Source of the DNA: Amoebidium appalachense
Taxonomy: Eukaryota; Protista; Ichthyosporea
Length of the DNA: 64,000 nt
Assembly (NCBI GenBank): GCA_963693365.1
Contig: CAVNZM010000007.1
Location: 5,019,962 to 5,083,961, forward strand
Direction: 5' to 3'
This document shows, piece after piece, positions 41,675-55,403 of the stretch (positions are counted from its first letter, which is position 1; every line of letters begins with the position of its first letter). The notes beneath the pieces were generated by a model, which saw only the letters and a program-made list of their open reading frames with translations, was not told the DNA's origin and made no database searches. A program made the translations under genes and the position numbers.

Positions 41675-41693
41675 GTGCGCACACACACTCACA

Positions 41694-41730
<37 letters not shown>

Positions 41731-41838
41731 CTGCCATCCCCCCGTCCCTTCGCCTCCCCCCTCTGCATGCCCCCTTTCCCCTTCCTCCCCCCTACCTCCC
41801 CAACTCCCCCCCCCCCCCCCCCCCCTTCCCCAGCGCCC

Positions 41839-41914
<76 letters not shown>

Positions 41915-42897
41915 ATTCGCACCCTTCTCCCCCCTCCTTCGCGAATCTGTGTATCAAACACCTTCTATTCCACCCTCCCCCCCCTTTTTTTATTTATTAA
42001 GCATCCCCACCTCCACCAAACACGACACCTATCTGCGAGCCGATCTTAGTGCCCGGTCATGTGATCCCGGTATCAAAAGGGTGTGTATACGATTCCATTT
42101 CCTGGCCTAATGTGTTGCAAAAAGACTTTATTTGATGTTTCAAAAACAATAATATATATATTTCTAATATTTTCAGTAAAATAGTTTTTGTGTTTTTCTA
42201 ATGGCAATGATAGAGTTTTTTCACTTTGAAAAAAACACATATTGAGGATTTAAACATTAATGGTATGAAAAAAAATCAATAAATTACAGTGAAATCAAAA
42301 AAACTGTTTTACAGGACTGACTTGTTTCTATTAAAAATGAATTGTATTTTTTACGGGACCTTTTTATTGGTTCTGGGAGTTACAAAAACTCAAATGAAAT
42401 AAAGTTACCTTTTGATTCACCTTTCAAAAACTTAGGCAAGAGTGGGCTTTTGCCGTTAGTAAATTTTGGTCGAGTCAGATCAATATGAGTGCACGACCAA
42501 CCAACAGCTCTGGCCGATTCACACGCAAAGTGCACATTTGTTCTCTGATTGGCTACAGATTTTGAAAATAGCCGGATGTATGGATGTTTATGTAAGCTTT
42601 TTGATAAATCAAATTAACTTAAACATATTAATTTTTTATTATTATTATTATTTTTTTATTTTTTTTGTTATTCCTCTGCTTCATTGCATAGATAGGCTTT
42701 AAACTGCCTGGTTTGTGACCTCTCATGGCCCGACTGATCACTCATCGTAATCAATGAAAATAACTTGATTGTTTGGTTAATAAATCAGGAAGCTTTATGT
42801 CTCATTTCTAATGGAATGCAGTCTTCGACCGACTAATCGTTGGGCCTACCGAGGCCGCTAAGAACGCGTTGCTTTGAGGCAACGTGGAGTGCTTATA

Positions 42898-42930
<33 letters not shown>

Positions 42931-43099
42931 CGCCTTCTTAAACAGCCCCCCACTTACCATATTTGGGTGCTTAAAGCCCAGGAAATAGCGCCAGAAGCAA
43001 TTCCTGAAAAGGTGAAAACCCCCCCCCCCCCAACTTCATCCTCCCCCCCCCCCCCCCCCCCCCCCCCTACCACCACCCCCACCCCCACCCCACCCCTTC

Positions 43100-43158
<59 letters not shown>

Positions 43159-43478
43159 AAAAAAAAAAAAAACGAGAGAAAGAAAGGAAGGAAGATAGTA
43201 AGAGCGTAAAAAAAGAAGGAAAAAGAGGAAAGAAATCTTTTATCACCAGCAGCAGAATAAGCAGGAATAAATGATAGACTGCTACGATCCAAGAAACTGT
43301 AAATGCACACACAAACCCAGTTGTATTTCACGTTTTTCATTTACCAAGACAAAATTTCCAGCTTTTTTTTCTGTTCGTGGACCAAGGCGTGTTTCTGCTT
43401 GTGTCGTTTATAGTGACATCGTTAATGTGCCTACTGGCCCACCGCCTCGAAGTATTGCTGTGTGTGCAATGTCATGAT

Positions 43479-43509
<31 letters not shown>

Positions 43510-43541
43510 CCTCTCTCTCTCTCTCTCTCTGTCTCCCTCCC

Positions 43542-43576
<35 letters not shown>

Positions 43577-43765
43577 TTCTTCCCCTTCCCGACCCCTGCA
43601 TTCATTATCGAAACACGGCTAGCGCCAACTTCTTAATCTCCCTTCTCGACCGGCCATCCCTATAGACTCGGGCATGGCGGTATTCTTTCCCCTTCTGCTC
43701 TATCTCCTCTCCCCCCCTCCCCCCTCCCCCCCCCTCCCCCCCTCTCTCTCTGAATGTGCGTGCGT

Positions 43766-43829
<64 letters not shown>

Positions 43830-45196
43830 CACCGTGTGCATGTGTGTGGGTAGGGGGGGGGGGGGGGGGGGGGTATGTGGGAGTAGCAACGTCTTGCATC
43901 CACGTCTCAACACCGATCATTCATTGTCAATGCTAACCATATATGGTGCATGCAGGCCATGCACACACCTCCAGCACTCAAGAAGAAGCTAATCGACATG
44001 GTGACAGAAAATACAGAGTCCTGGCTCGGAGGTTGATAACCCCCCCCCCCCCCCCCCCCTCCCCCCTCAAACCCCCCCCCCCCCCCCCCTGGCGGCATCC
44101 GGCAACATAACAACAACCACACCCACACACATGCACACACACTCAACCTCTCGTGAGCACACCAACACGTCACACACACAGCTTGATTGTTGTGGCGCTG
44201 CCGGCATGTGGACAATACAGCCTGGCTTGTATAGTGATCTGGATATTGCTGGCGCCGGGGAGATAGGGAATGATGTGTGATTTGAATGGAATGCGGGAGT
44301 GTTTGTCAAAGTGTGCTTGTGTGTGTGTGTTTGTTTGTGTGTGTGTGCGTGTGCGTGCACTCGCATGCGTGTGTGTGCATGTGTGCGCACGCGCATTTGT
44401 GTATGTGTTCGTTCGTGTGTTGCATGCATGCGTGCGTGCGTGGGTGTGTGTGCAAGTGGGTGTGCTCGCACGCCGCATACATGTGTTTCTTTCTTTTTCC
44501 CCTCTTTTTTTTTTTTTGGGGGGGGGGGGGGGGAGGGGGAGAAGGGAAGGGGGGGGAGGGGAGGCTTGGGGGGGAAGGGGGTGTTGGGGTGGGGGTGGGG
44601 TGGGAGGGGGGGGGGGGGAGGGGGGGGGGCTGTGCGGAGCTACTTGTATGGCAAAGCCCACCAACAAGCGCTTTCAAATTTGTTCAGGCCCTTCAGATGG
44701 GCACCAACCCCACAACAGGAGCCCACTACCCTGAAGGGTTTGCAGACTGTGTGTCCGTTGCACAGAAAAAATCATGAACATTTTATGATGCTCCTGCCTG
44801 TGCTCACACTCCAACTAACAAACATGTGTTTTGTGTTGTGTTGTGTGTGTGTGCACAGAGCTATCCTTGATGTCACGGAACCAGCTAATGCGCCATGTCA
44901 AGGAGTTGGAAAACACAACATACCAGCTCGCTCAGGACCAGTGTAAGTCTCAATCCCACCAACATCCCCCCCCCCCCCCCCCCCCCCCCCCCCCGCCCCG
45001 GCGCCTGGTGACCAATTAATGGGCCCGACCTGAGGCATGGCTCTACGTTTCTGCATGCTCCTTGTGCTTGCTAATTCTAAAAAAAAAAAAAGAAGAAGAA
45101 GAAGAAGAAGAAGAATAAAAGACAGAAAAAGAAGGGGGAGGGGGGGTGGGGGGGGTATTTTCCGTCGCAGCTAAGCTTTGTACCCCCCACGGAATA

Positions 45197-45238
<42 letters not shown>

Positions 45239-45465
45239 TCCCTCCCCCCCACCCCTCTCACGTACCTCCACCGAATCCGTTTTCGCAGTTCTTGTTAAGG
45301 GCTGAACATCATATAAAAAATGTCACTGAAATAAGAGCTTGGGACGTGGCTGGTTGATAATAGGCAGGGGGATGTATAATAACACAAGTATTTCATTCTG
45401 CAGCACATGAAATTATGCGGGGAAAGTTCCTTAACATTCTCGACTCCAGCCTGCTGTTCAAATGA
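40900..45465 (+). CDS. LIN52: LIN52, MuvB/DREAM complex subunit
   Basis: Exon 40900-41092 (...DLERKLISEETLDVASPELWPP) matches the LIN52 segment DLEASLLSFEKLDRASPDLWP. Exons 44859-44942 and 45404-45465 give ELSLMSRNQLMRHVKELENTTYQLAQDQSHEIMRGKFLNILDSSLLFK*, matching AYQLGLDESREMTRGKFLNIL. A middle exon probably ends at 44031 (starting at 43975, or at 43956 with a 14-nt microexon 43666-43679). The start codon is uncertain. Confidence 0.9.
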
Positions 45466-45967
45466 GCCCCCCCCCCCGATACCTTTTGGTCTGAGAGTTG
45501 CATGAACCCCTCCCGCCCTTCGAATTTACAATTTCAAGTTGGGTCTTGTTCCTGCAGATGGTCAGTATACTGAAAAATAGGAAATTTGGGGCTCAAGACG
45601 CTGGGGTGTTACACAACCTTTCATTAGGAATGAAGAGTTTGATGGTCTAACAGTTTAAACAAAATGTTGGCAACGCCAGTTGCTGGATTTTTTTTTTTAG
45701 GCTCGATGGATACACGTACCTACATATGGCCTGTAATTGTGCTCTTTGCATGAATGTACGAATCATGGTTCACGAATGAATACGATCCCTTTCCTTGTAC
45801 GGTGTGGTGTATATGGGTATGTGGCGTATGGGATTTTTCAACTAAATAGAGATGTAAGTTCCGAATACATGCTGGCTTTTGACAAAGTTTGGGCTGTGCC
45901 TGCTTCGTTTGCCCACCGTGTCCCTTGGTGTGGAAGTTCTTCCTCCTCCACTCCCCCCCTTTCCCCC

Positions 45968-45998
<31 letters not shown>

Positions 45999-47098
45999 AA
46001 ACAAAAAACAAAAAAAAACCAATCAAATATGCACCTGGGGTGTACCACTGTGTTTGAATCCCTTGTTTCCCCTCCCCCCCCCCCCTCCCCCCCCCCCCTT
46101 CCGCACCTGTTCTCACCCAGAATCAACCTACCACCATGGGCAGTCCCATGCTTTCTCGTCTACCAATTTATTATTTGCACCACTACCATCCGTGCATGTC
46201 AGAAGCTAGGTACATACTTCTGTTTATATTGGAGAACGACACTCAAGAGCCTTTCGACTCATGATGATTGCAAGAGTAAACCCATCATAACATCTGGCAA
46301 GTTTGCGGGACAATCACACTATAAAAGGAGGCATAGAACAACACATCCTCATCGTCACAAATTTAAAATCGAAACGGTGTAGCTCCAACATGCTCTGTGC
46401 CAAGGTACTGTCCTTCTCCACTGCCAAGCACATGCATGGCCATGGACCCGGCCCAGCAAGACTACATGGACTCCAGTTCCGTCAATCGGCTGGATGATGA
46501 TGGCCCTGCCAGGACTCTTATTTTACCACAGCTCTACTCACTTTTATTCACTTTTATTAATGCCTGGCGTTCCATAAACTCACGTGTTTGTAGTTTTACA
46601 ACCCTAAATGAGCAGTATTTCCTTCTTGAAATGACTCCCACGGTATGATGGTGCTCTTTGAAATCAAGCAAGCAAAAACGCGGAACAACGGGGTGATGCG
46701 GCCTTCACAAATCAACAATTGAATGCACTCACTTTTTTGCAAAACGATAAAACCCACCGCCCACTTCAGCTTTAGTTCTAAACATGCCCTATCGCTGCGT
46801 TCGTGATGATGCAACAACTGTGTTATGTGCTCTCGCTCCTCTCTCTCTTCGCCTGTACATGTTTGAAGCGAGCTGGAAGCTCATGAGCGCACACACGTGA
46901 GTGCTGACGTCAAATTTGCGTCACAAACCAGTCTGAAACATTTACGGTTTTAAACGCCAACCTTGATTGGCATTATAAACCCACCCCAAACTCCTGCTCG
47001 TTTATTGAATAACGCGGATTGGCTCAAGATCCGCGACATGTGGGGCCGGTCCGCGGTCCGGCGCATGATTGACTTTGCGACAACGGGTCTCTGAGAGG

Positions 47099-47112
47099 CC
47101 TCTTTCTCCCTT
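47099..47112 (+). promoter_or_regulatory. TCT initiator / 5'-TOP pyrimidine tract of RPL13A
   Basis: cctctttctccctt lies ~24 nt upstream of the ATG at 47123. Upstream are inverted CCAAT boxes (gattggc, ~46965 and ~47017) and tgacgtca (~46905). Confidence 0.7.
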
Positions 47113-47122
47113 GGTAGCCACC

Positions 47123-48781
47123 ATGACGTTCGAGAAGGTTGTGACCGCCTCCGGCCCAGTTTTTACGCAAAAATAGCAACTAAACGTGTAATATAGTTGT
47201 GTTGGAGGTGAAGGAGGGGAATCCAGGAAATTTTTGGTTCATCTGCGGTTGAAATCGCGTGGATGAGAGGTGGGAATGCAGGCACGGGGAGTACGGCACG
47301 TGCCGGAGGGGTCGGTCGGATTGAGACCCATAGCTACAGGATGTGACTGCCATCGTTGGAATATGGATTTCTGAGTTTCAGGGTTGGGTTTAACTTGAGA
47401 TTCAACGGCATTCCGAGGCTGTGAGGAATTTCCGACAATCCTACAGTTATAGAGAAGGACCATGCTGCACTGCACAGTTTTCGCCTAATATACAAGTAGT
47501 TATAAAGCAGCAGGTTGGACGAAAATTTGGGCATAAGCAGGCTAGTTGTAGATTCAGCACGTGGATGCGGGAAGCATACGAGGATCAACAGGCAGGGTCG
47601 GGAAACCCAGGAGCTGCAGTCTACCCCTGACACCACCCAGATTTTTAGCATGCTTGAAGCGAGTTCACGAACGCATAAAATTACATAGACATTTAGGATG
47701 GTCTTTGGCTGCTCATGTTCGCCTTTGCTTCCGACAACAACCAAGTTTTTTGTTGTATACATAGGGAGTCAAGAGCTTTTTGGGTAGGTTCATTGTTAAT
47801 CATGGAAACTCCGGGGCTGACGGAGGTGTATGTCCAGGTGGTTGTGATTGACGGCCGTGGCCACCTTATGGGCCGCCTGGCCTCCATCGTGGCCAAGGAG
47901 CTTCTGTCTGGCCAGAAGATCGTCCTGGTGCGTTGTGAGGAGCTGATGATCACCGGCACCCTCATGCGCAACAAGAGTGAGTGTTTTTGTGGGGTGTGGG
48001 GACGGTGTTTGTGCGAGGGAGATGGAGGGGACGGGTGTTGTTTAGCAGCCTTGTTTCGGTGTTGGCTTTTGTGTGTGTGGGTGGAGTTTTTTTTCAAAGC
48101 CTTTTGCAGGCATTATAACTATCCAAAAACACCCGTTAACGTTATAATGGTTCACACAACTGGGTTTCATGTAAAGGATAGTCAGCAAATGGTACGGGTG
48201 GAAGGGACCAGGCAAACGGTGTGAATGCGAACTGTGGATGGCCGGGTTTGCTGAAATACAAATGCACATGCGGAATATGAATGCCTGGGGGAAAACGACG
48301 GCATATGTTCAAACAGTCCGGTTGATCAAACACCAAAAACAAATATCAGCGCGCGAGTCTACTACTGCCTTCGGGCATCCACAAGCTATGGAACAATTGC
48401 ACAAACCGTGTATATGGCAGCACATACATCGTAGGGGGGACTTCTTTCAATGTTTCGCACACGGGGAGAGGGACGTGTGCACGCTCAATTGGTAGCAGAC
48501 AGGCAAAGTGATGGATGCTCTGGATGGGGCACGTGTCTGTAGTGGCTTCAGATTGGCCGTCATCATCCTCAGAAGTGTGCAGGATTCATGCAAGGACATG
48601 GTGGCATGGGCATCTTGGTATTGGTGACTTCGTTGTTTCCCATGAATATGCCCACGCGACAGACCAGTGGATTGGGGCGTGTGCTTCTATGTTGGTTGTC
48701 ACATATGTACAAAAGCTTTTGTACATGCTCCGAAAGATCTCGGTTGTCCTTGCAGGTGCATGTTACATACACCCATTCACG

Positions 48782-48846
<65 letters not shown>

Positions 48847-50929
48847 GTGCGCATTCTAACGGCTTCTTGTGTCTTTGCAGTGACCTACCACAGGTACCTC
48901 AGGAAGCGCGTGAACACCAAGCCCTCGCGCGGTCCCTACCACTTCCGGGCCCCCGGCCGCATGTTTGCCCGCGTGGTGCGCGGCATGCTGCCACACAAGA
49001 CCCGCCGTGGCGGTCTGGCCATGGAGCGCCTGAAGGTAAAACACTGCTTGCACGCATGCACACACGAGACGACGTTTGTGTGGGTGGGTGGTGTGATTGT
49101 TGCGTGATTCTGTGTGGTGGTGTGACTGTGTCTTCATGTGTGTAATTGTGTTTGACCTGCATGCATGCATGGCTATTGCCGTACACGGGTATCCACACGC
49201 ACACCCAAGCACATGTACAATTACATTGCAACGTTGTGGTGTCAATACCTGGGGACGGGTGTGAGTATGGTGCTCTTGCCATTATTCCAAAGACGATTGT
49301 CCGGTTTCATCATGCATGTGTGTTTCCTGTTTGTTTTTGTTTTTTGCAACCGTGGGAGGCCGCAGTTTTTTCATTGTCGTTACTCTCGTGGCCAAACTGG
49401 ATTTATGGATTGGTTGATTTTAGGGATGCGACATCGTTTTCGTTGGTGTATTTGGAGAATTCTTGGCGGTTAAATGAACGTCGATAGTATACCGTGGGAG
49501 GAGGGGATTTAATATCGATTACTGTTTGCATTTGGCATGTCTTTTAGTGTGTGTGTGGTAGAAGACGTTTCTTGGTGTTGAGTGCCTACACACGCATGCA
49601 CAACTCACCTTCCTGCTTCCTGTCGCATTTTTATACCCCCTTCCCCTGCCTAGTGGCCATCGATACACATTCACACACCCCGGCACCCCCGTTCCGCATT
49701 TGAATGTGTGGTTTGTGGTTGCTGTGTGCTTGTTGTTGTATCTCTCTTCCTCTGCTCTGCCCCTCCCTTCTGCCTTAGATGACTTCTCCCATCATTCCCC
49801 TGCCACGCACTTCATGTTGCACCTGTCGTTCGTGGTTGCCATTCCCGAGGTTTTTGGTAATTTCCAGTCAGCACCGCTTCATCCATGTGTGCCTATCAGC
49901 CAATCAAATTCAACCTCTGTTGGAGTCGCTGCTTTTGGTTTTTCCAATAACCATCCAACACCCCTCCAAGCATGCCTACCATCAACTCACTCGCAATCAA
50001 CCGCCCACCTTTCCTCTTCCTCGGAATATTTGCTTCACCCACTTCCTACGCACCGCCAAACCTCCCGTCCTTTTTTTTCATCACCAGGTGTTTATTTCAC
50101 TTTCTTTCTTACGCCTACCATCCACCCACACAGGCATCTAACCACCGTTTTTCTTTTACGTTTAGGTGTTCGAGGGTATCCCTGCGCCCTACGACAAGAT
50201 GAAGCGCATGGTTGTGCCCGATGCTCTGCGGGTGGTGCGTCTGCAGCCCAAGCGCAAGACCACCGTGGTCGGCCGCCTGGCCCACGAGGTCGGCTGGAAG
50301 TACCGCGACATCGTGGCCACTCTCGAGGCTAAGCGCAAGGAGAAGGCCAAGGTGCGTAGATGTGTGTGTGTGTGGCTGGGATGGAGAGGGGGATGGGGAC
50401 GGAGTGGTTTTGATATGTGTTTGTGTGTAATTGGTGGAGGGTTGTGTTGAGTGTGTGGGTGTGTTTTGTGTCGGTGGGGGTGGGTGGGGAGATGTGTGTA
50501 GGTGGAAGTGTGTGGGTGGGTGAATGCACTTTTGCTCCTGTGCTTGGCAGATGCGGTGCTTTGTTGTGTTGAAGACCTTTTGTCGGTGTCGTACCAAACA
50601 AACCGAGGCACACATGTGGGTGTGCTGTATGGAGACCAAGAAGATGGGGGGAGGTGAAGGGCAGCTCCAGGACAACACCGGCCTGGGGTCCCCGCACCCC
50701 CGGCGCATGTGTGCATGTGTTTCTGGTGGGGCAAGTGTTGTGGGGCAGTCTGTGTGTATGTTGGTGGATTCACTTTCCATCACTAACATAATCACCTGCG
50801 ACTCCTGGCGCCACACACACACACACACGTGATATGCATTGATGTCTATGTACACAAGCACGTTCATTTTTGAAATATTCACCACACAACTCACATTTCC
50901 ACACAAGTACATGCACCCACATTGAACAC

Positions 50930-50974
<45 letters not shown>

Positions 50975-51151
50975 TCCCTCGTTGTCTCTTTGACTCCCTC
51001 CCTGTCCTCCCTACTCACACATGTACGTGTCCCCATGCAGGCCTTCTACGAGGCCCGCCTCAAGAAGGCCTCTCTCCTGCGCAAGGCCACGGCTGCCGCA
51101 GCCACTCAGCTCGAGGAGGTCAACAAGCCCCTGGCTGCCCTCGGCTATTAA
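47123..51151 (+). CDS. RPL13A: 60S ribosomal protein L13a (uL13), 201 aa
   Basis: Exons 47123-47137, 47838-47976, 48881-49035, 50166-50351, 51041-51151. Translation: MTFEK|[36 protein letters not shown]...[14 protein letters not shown]...RGMLPHKT...RLK|[23 protein letters not shown]...[11 protein letters not shown]...LAALGY*. Confidence 0.98.
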
Positions 51152-53305
51152 AGGACACGCCCTGTGGGTGCCTTTCTAAATATAGTTCATGTCTAATTAG
51201 CCATGGAAAAAAATGCCAAAAAAATTGCGAAATATTAATTGGATGAATGCATATGTATTGTTGATGTGTGTTGCATTGAAACCTGATCCCCCCCCCCCCC
51301 TGCCCCCTGCCCCCTGCCCCGCCCCGCCCCGCCCCACCCTCCCTTTTTACACACACACAAACGCACACACACTACCGCCGTCACTGCAAGGGGAGGAACG
51401 AGGGCGTAAGTATTGGGCCGTTCGATCATGTCGGAACAATTCCATTTGCTTTCTGGATTGCATGTTTTTTCTTCTGCTTGGTTAGATTTATGAACTGCTG
51501 CAGTCGACCCTTCCACCGTTGTAATTACTCGTTGCCGGTGCCAGCTTGCTGATCATTTTGGTGAAGATGTGTGGTGTGCTCCACCCATTTTCGAAGCAGC
51601 AATCCGAGTTGGATTGTGTTGAAAATGTGAATGGGCCAAAGAAACTCGGAACCGTTCTGCACGTCCACGTATGGATGACTTTGTGCTTCGGCCCCTACGC
51701 CTCGCCTCCTCTTCAGAATAGCTTTCTTCCGGTGTGAGCAGACCCTGCCAGGGCCCTGATATCATGCACCATGATTCGATCTTGCATGATGGTTTATTCG
51801 AAGACTTTAAGTTGTCTTTCTCGTCGTTCCGTCCCCTGGAAGAAAACGTGGCACTGCCCGGGTGGCCGCATATATGCCTCCTGCTTCTCCGGCCATCCGC
51901 CCCCTCCCCAACTCCCTTTCCCCCTCCTCCCCCCCCCCCCGGAACCAAGTCGCGTGTGCTTGGGCAAAGGTTGCAGCCATGCCGCCAAGACAGTCACTAT
52001 CGATGCCGCACGTACGCGTATGTGCATGCATTGGTTGCATAAATGCATTTTTCGCTGCAGCATGCATATGCATTGTGTTGCATCAGATAAACTAGTGTTC
52101 AACTATAATCAGTTACTGAATTTCTACGTATACAGTGAATATGAAATATGTACACACCTTTCAAATTGTCGTTTTGACATTGCGCTCACAAAAGCAAGTT
52201 CAGCCCGTTGTTTTAGTTGATTTAAAATTCCGCACATACATGCCGTGCACGCATGGCGACCTTTTAATTCCGAGCACCGACCAGATGTGTGTATGTACAT
52301 GATATATAAATACCGCAAATACACATGTCATTGATACCCCTACCGATTTAAGGCTTGATTCGAATTGATATTTCGAAATTCGAACCCGGTTTATTATAAG
52401 GGTCATTCTCGGCACCGTGCATGCCTTTTGATGCGGGTCCGGCCCCAGGAGACCTCAGAACAGTATGTATTCCTCCTTTTTAGTCAATCTATAGAACTTT
52501 TTTTTTTGCGCCCTTAAGCTTCACGCCCAAATTTCCATCTATGGCTAATGTGTATACCTACTGTCTAGCTAATTGTGTCCATTAAACAGACATAGCAGAC
52601 GATGGGGCTACATAATTAGACAAACAGACTAATACGTGGGAGGGCTTGTGCTAAATTTCGAAGACTTTAAAGGTTAGGGCCGGTGACGAACAATTTCCCC
52701 TGTTTGGCCCGAGGGGGGTCTAACATAGTGTGAGTCATGGGGCTGTGGGTTTGAGGTGGTAGGGTGTGTTTGGTATCCCATGATATTATCGTGTAGTGTG
52801 GTGGCGGCTGCTATTTGCCTACTTTCCTACTTTCAAAGTTTATACTATGAAAAAAAAATTTTTGCGCGCCAAAACTTACCGCCCATAATTCCATATATGG
52901 CTAATCAATGCGATCGCGTGCGAATTAATTATTGGCCCATGCAAAAAAAATTTGAGATTGCGATATTCCTATTTTTCTTTTATAAATCTAGGGGGGAAAA
53001 AATAGGTGGTGTGGGTTCTACTCTACTTTCCAGTGTTTGTTTCTGCCTCAGTTGGGGCAAGCAGGCAGGGGAGAGGGGAGAGGGGGGGGGAGTATGTCCT
53101 AGGTGTTGTGGCTCGTTTCTTCAGTATCGCTTCTAGGTTTGCGGTTTTCTTGTTGGTGGTATATATTGTGGGGGGTCTGGGTGTAACATCCGACATCTAG
53201 GTTTCCATATATAAGAAAAACTCAGATACATACATACAGTCAGATTGGCCAATAGGGTGTCTCGAGTGTGGGGTACCGATGGCCAGCATGATTGAGTGTA
53301 ATACT

Positions 53306-53345
<40 letters not shown>

Positions 53346-53942
53346 TATGTGCTGTTTATTAACGACATGTAGGTGAGCTGGCACCAAGGCCAACAGTGCT
53401 TCTTACGCAGGCACACATTCTGGCTTTCCGGCCCGGTTTAGTATAAACATTTTTCTTGTATATGATTGGTTTCTTTTTAATTTCCGGCCATGAATCCGAA
53501 TGCACATGCAAGGTTTGTCATGGTTGCTCATGTACACATATGTGCATATGTACGTGGCTGGAGTAATTGATCGTACCACTAATGTCGCCTTACACATCAC
53601 ATCAACGAATATAAATAACTTTGAGTCCAGCTAGAAAAAGCACTTAGATCAAGCTTCCGTTTATTTCTCGATTGCTACCGCCAGCGGTAACCATAGACAT
53701 TCACAATTTTCGAATCGAATTTCGGAAACAACAACCAGTAAGTGCGAGAATTGAACGACAAAGTAGAGAAAGTTCAGTAACATAGTGCGCGAAAAGATCG
53801 AAAACAACGTGTGAAATTCCAGGCTTTAACGAACACAAGAGGCACAGTAAAATACATGTCAGCAACATTTCGGCTAATCCCAACTCTTACATACTATTCA
53901 CGGCTCAAAAAGGAACAGACACGCGCAAAACAACAAAACAAA

Positions 53943-54000
53943 ACACCTCTAGCTTGAGATTACGTTGTGTGACACCTCTAGCTTGAGATTACGTTGTGTG
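53943..54000. repeat. Perfect 29-bp tandem duplication
   Basis: acacctctagcttgagattacgttgtgtg x2. Confidence 0.9.
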
Positions 54001-54410
54001 ATGATGCGTGTCGTTTTGCCGAGGAGTTAAATACAACCAATACTTTTTTCGCCTTGCATGGAATTTTACACACAATCCAGCACCAGAATGCCCGATATAT
54101 GACAGTCATCAAAAAAAAAAAAAAAAAAAAAAAAAGGTTCATTCCTCTTTTGGTGCAATTAGCCCATCTGTGGCGGTTGGGCACCCCATTCACGCCATGA
54201 AACCCCCCAGATCATTCTTCTCAAGTGGACAGGGAAATAACAGACAACAGGTAGCTTGAAGCCAAGATAATGGATCACATAGCCTTCAAAATTCAGCTTG
54301 GAAGGCCTACGAGGAGGAGGGAAGGGGGGTCCATGGGCTACTTAAAAATTGTAATTTCCGCCCCTTTGGGGGGGGGGGGGGGGGGTTCTGTGAGTGCAGA
54401 CAATTTGGGC

Positions 54411-54500
54411 TTAGGGGCTCGAGATCATGGCCGCGATCAGATCGCGATAGTTGACTTGTCCGTCTTTGGAGAGGGACTTGATGATGGCGTCAAGGTCGGC

Positions 54501-54536
<36 letters not shown>

Positions 54537-55370
54537 TAGGGTAACTTAAGGGGAAGGGAAAAGAATGTGATACTTCATCAAAGTTTTGGTCCTGTTCCTT
54601 ACTTTCTGTGTGTGTGTGTATTTGTTCAACGGGAGTTGAGTGGGGTGAGGTCGGGCGGTGGGGTGGGGTGGTGGTGGTGGCGTGTGTGTGTGGGTGGGAT
54701 GGCAGGGGGGGGGGGGGGGGGGGGGGGGGGGGAATGTCGTACACATGTTCTCTGAGCACAGGTACACAAAGGACACGGGGTGCCGTAAAGATTACGGCTA
54801 AAACAAGTACACAGCTGCAGCTGTCTTGACAGGAAGGGAGGAGGGGGGCTTTTGGGGGGGGGGGGGGGGGGGGGGGGGGGAGGGGGGGGGGAAGAGAGAG
54901 AGAGATAGAGAAAGAGCGAGAGAGGGGGGGGGGGGGGGGAGGTTGGCATGCTCAACACTCAGACCAACATTACACAACAGACAGCAGGATGGATCAAAAA
55001 TATGGCACGTGTTATCCGATGATGATGGGGTGGAAACCATAAGACGACCGCTCTTGCGGTGTAATGGCATCACACAACAATAGGGCTAGAGCCACAAAAA
55101 ACCAGAACAGGCACCGGAAAAAAAAAGGGCATGTAATCCTGGTATCGATAGGGTAAATCTTTCTCTCCCTTCCTCCCTGGCTTCCCCCCTCCTTTCTCTA
55201 TCTCTCTTCCCCAACTCCCGCTCTCTCTCCCCCTTTCTCCCCCGGTGCCCCCCCCCCCCCCCCCCCCCCCCCCTCCCCCTCCCTCGCCCCCGGGCGACCT
55301 TTTCAACTCTCTTATGCCTTCACCCTCCCCTCCCCTCCTAATACACAAACACAAACACACACATTGCGCC

Positions 55371-55403
<33 letters not shown>

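Noticed and set aside
46450-46510. SECIS element
   Set aside because: The core reads ATGG rather than ATGA, and no selenoprotein ORF could be assembled nearby.
47138-51040. Intronic C/D snoRNAs as hosted by vertebrate RPL13A
   Set aside because: No convincing RTGATGA...CTGA pair with a terminal stem was found by eye; a covariance search is needed to exclude them.
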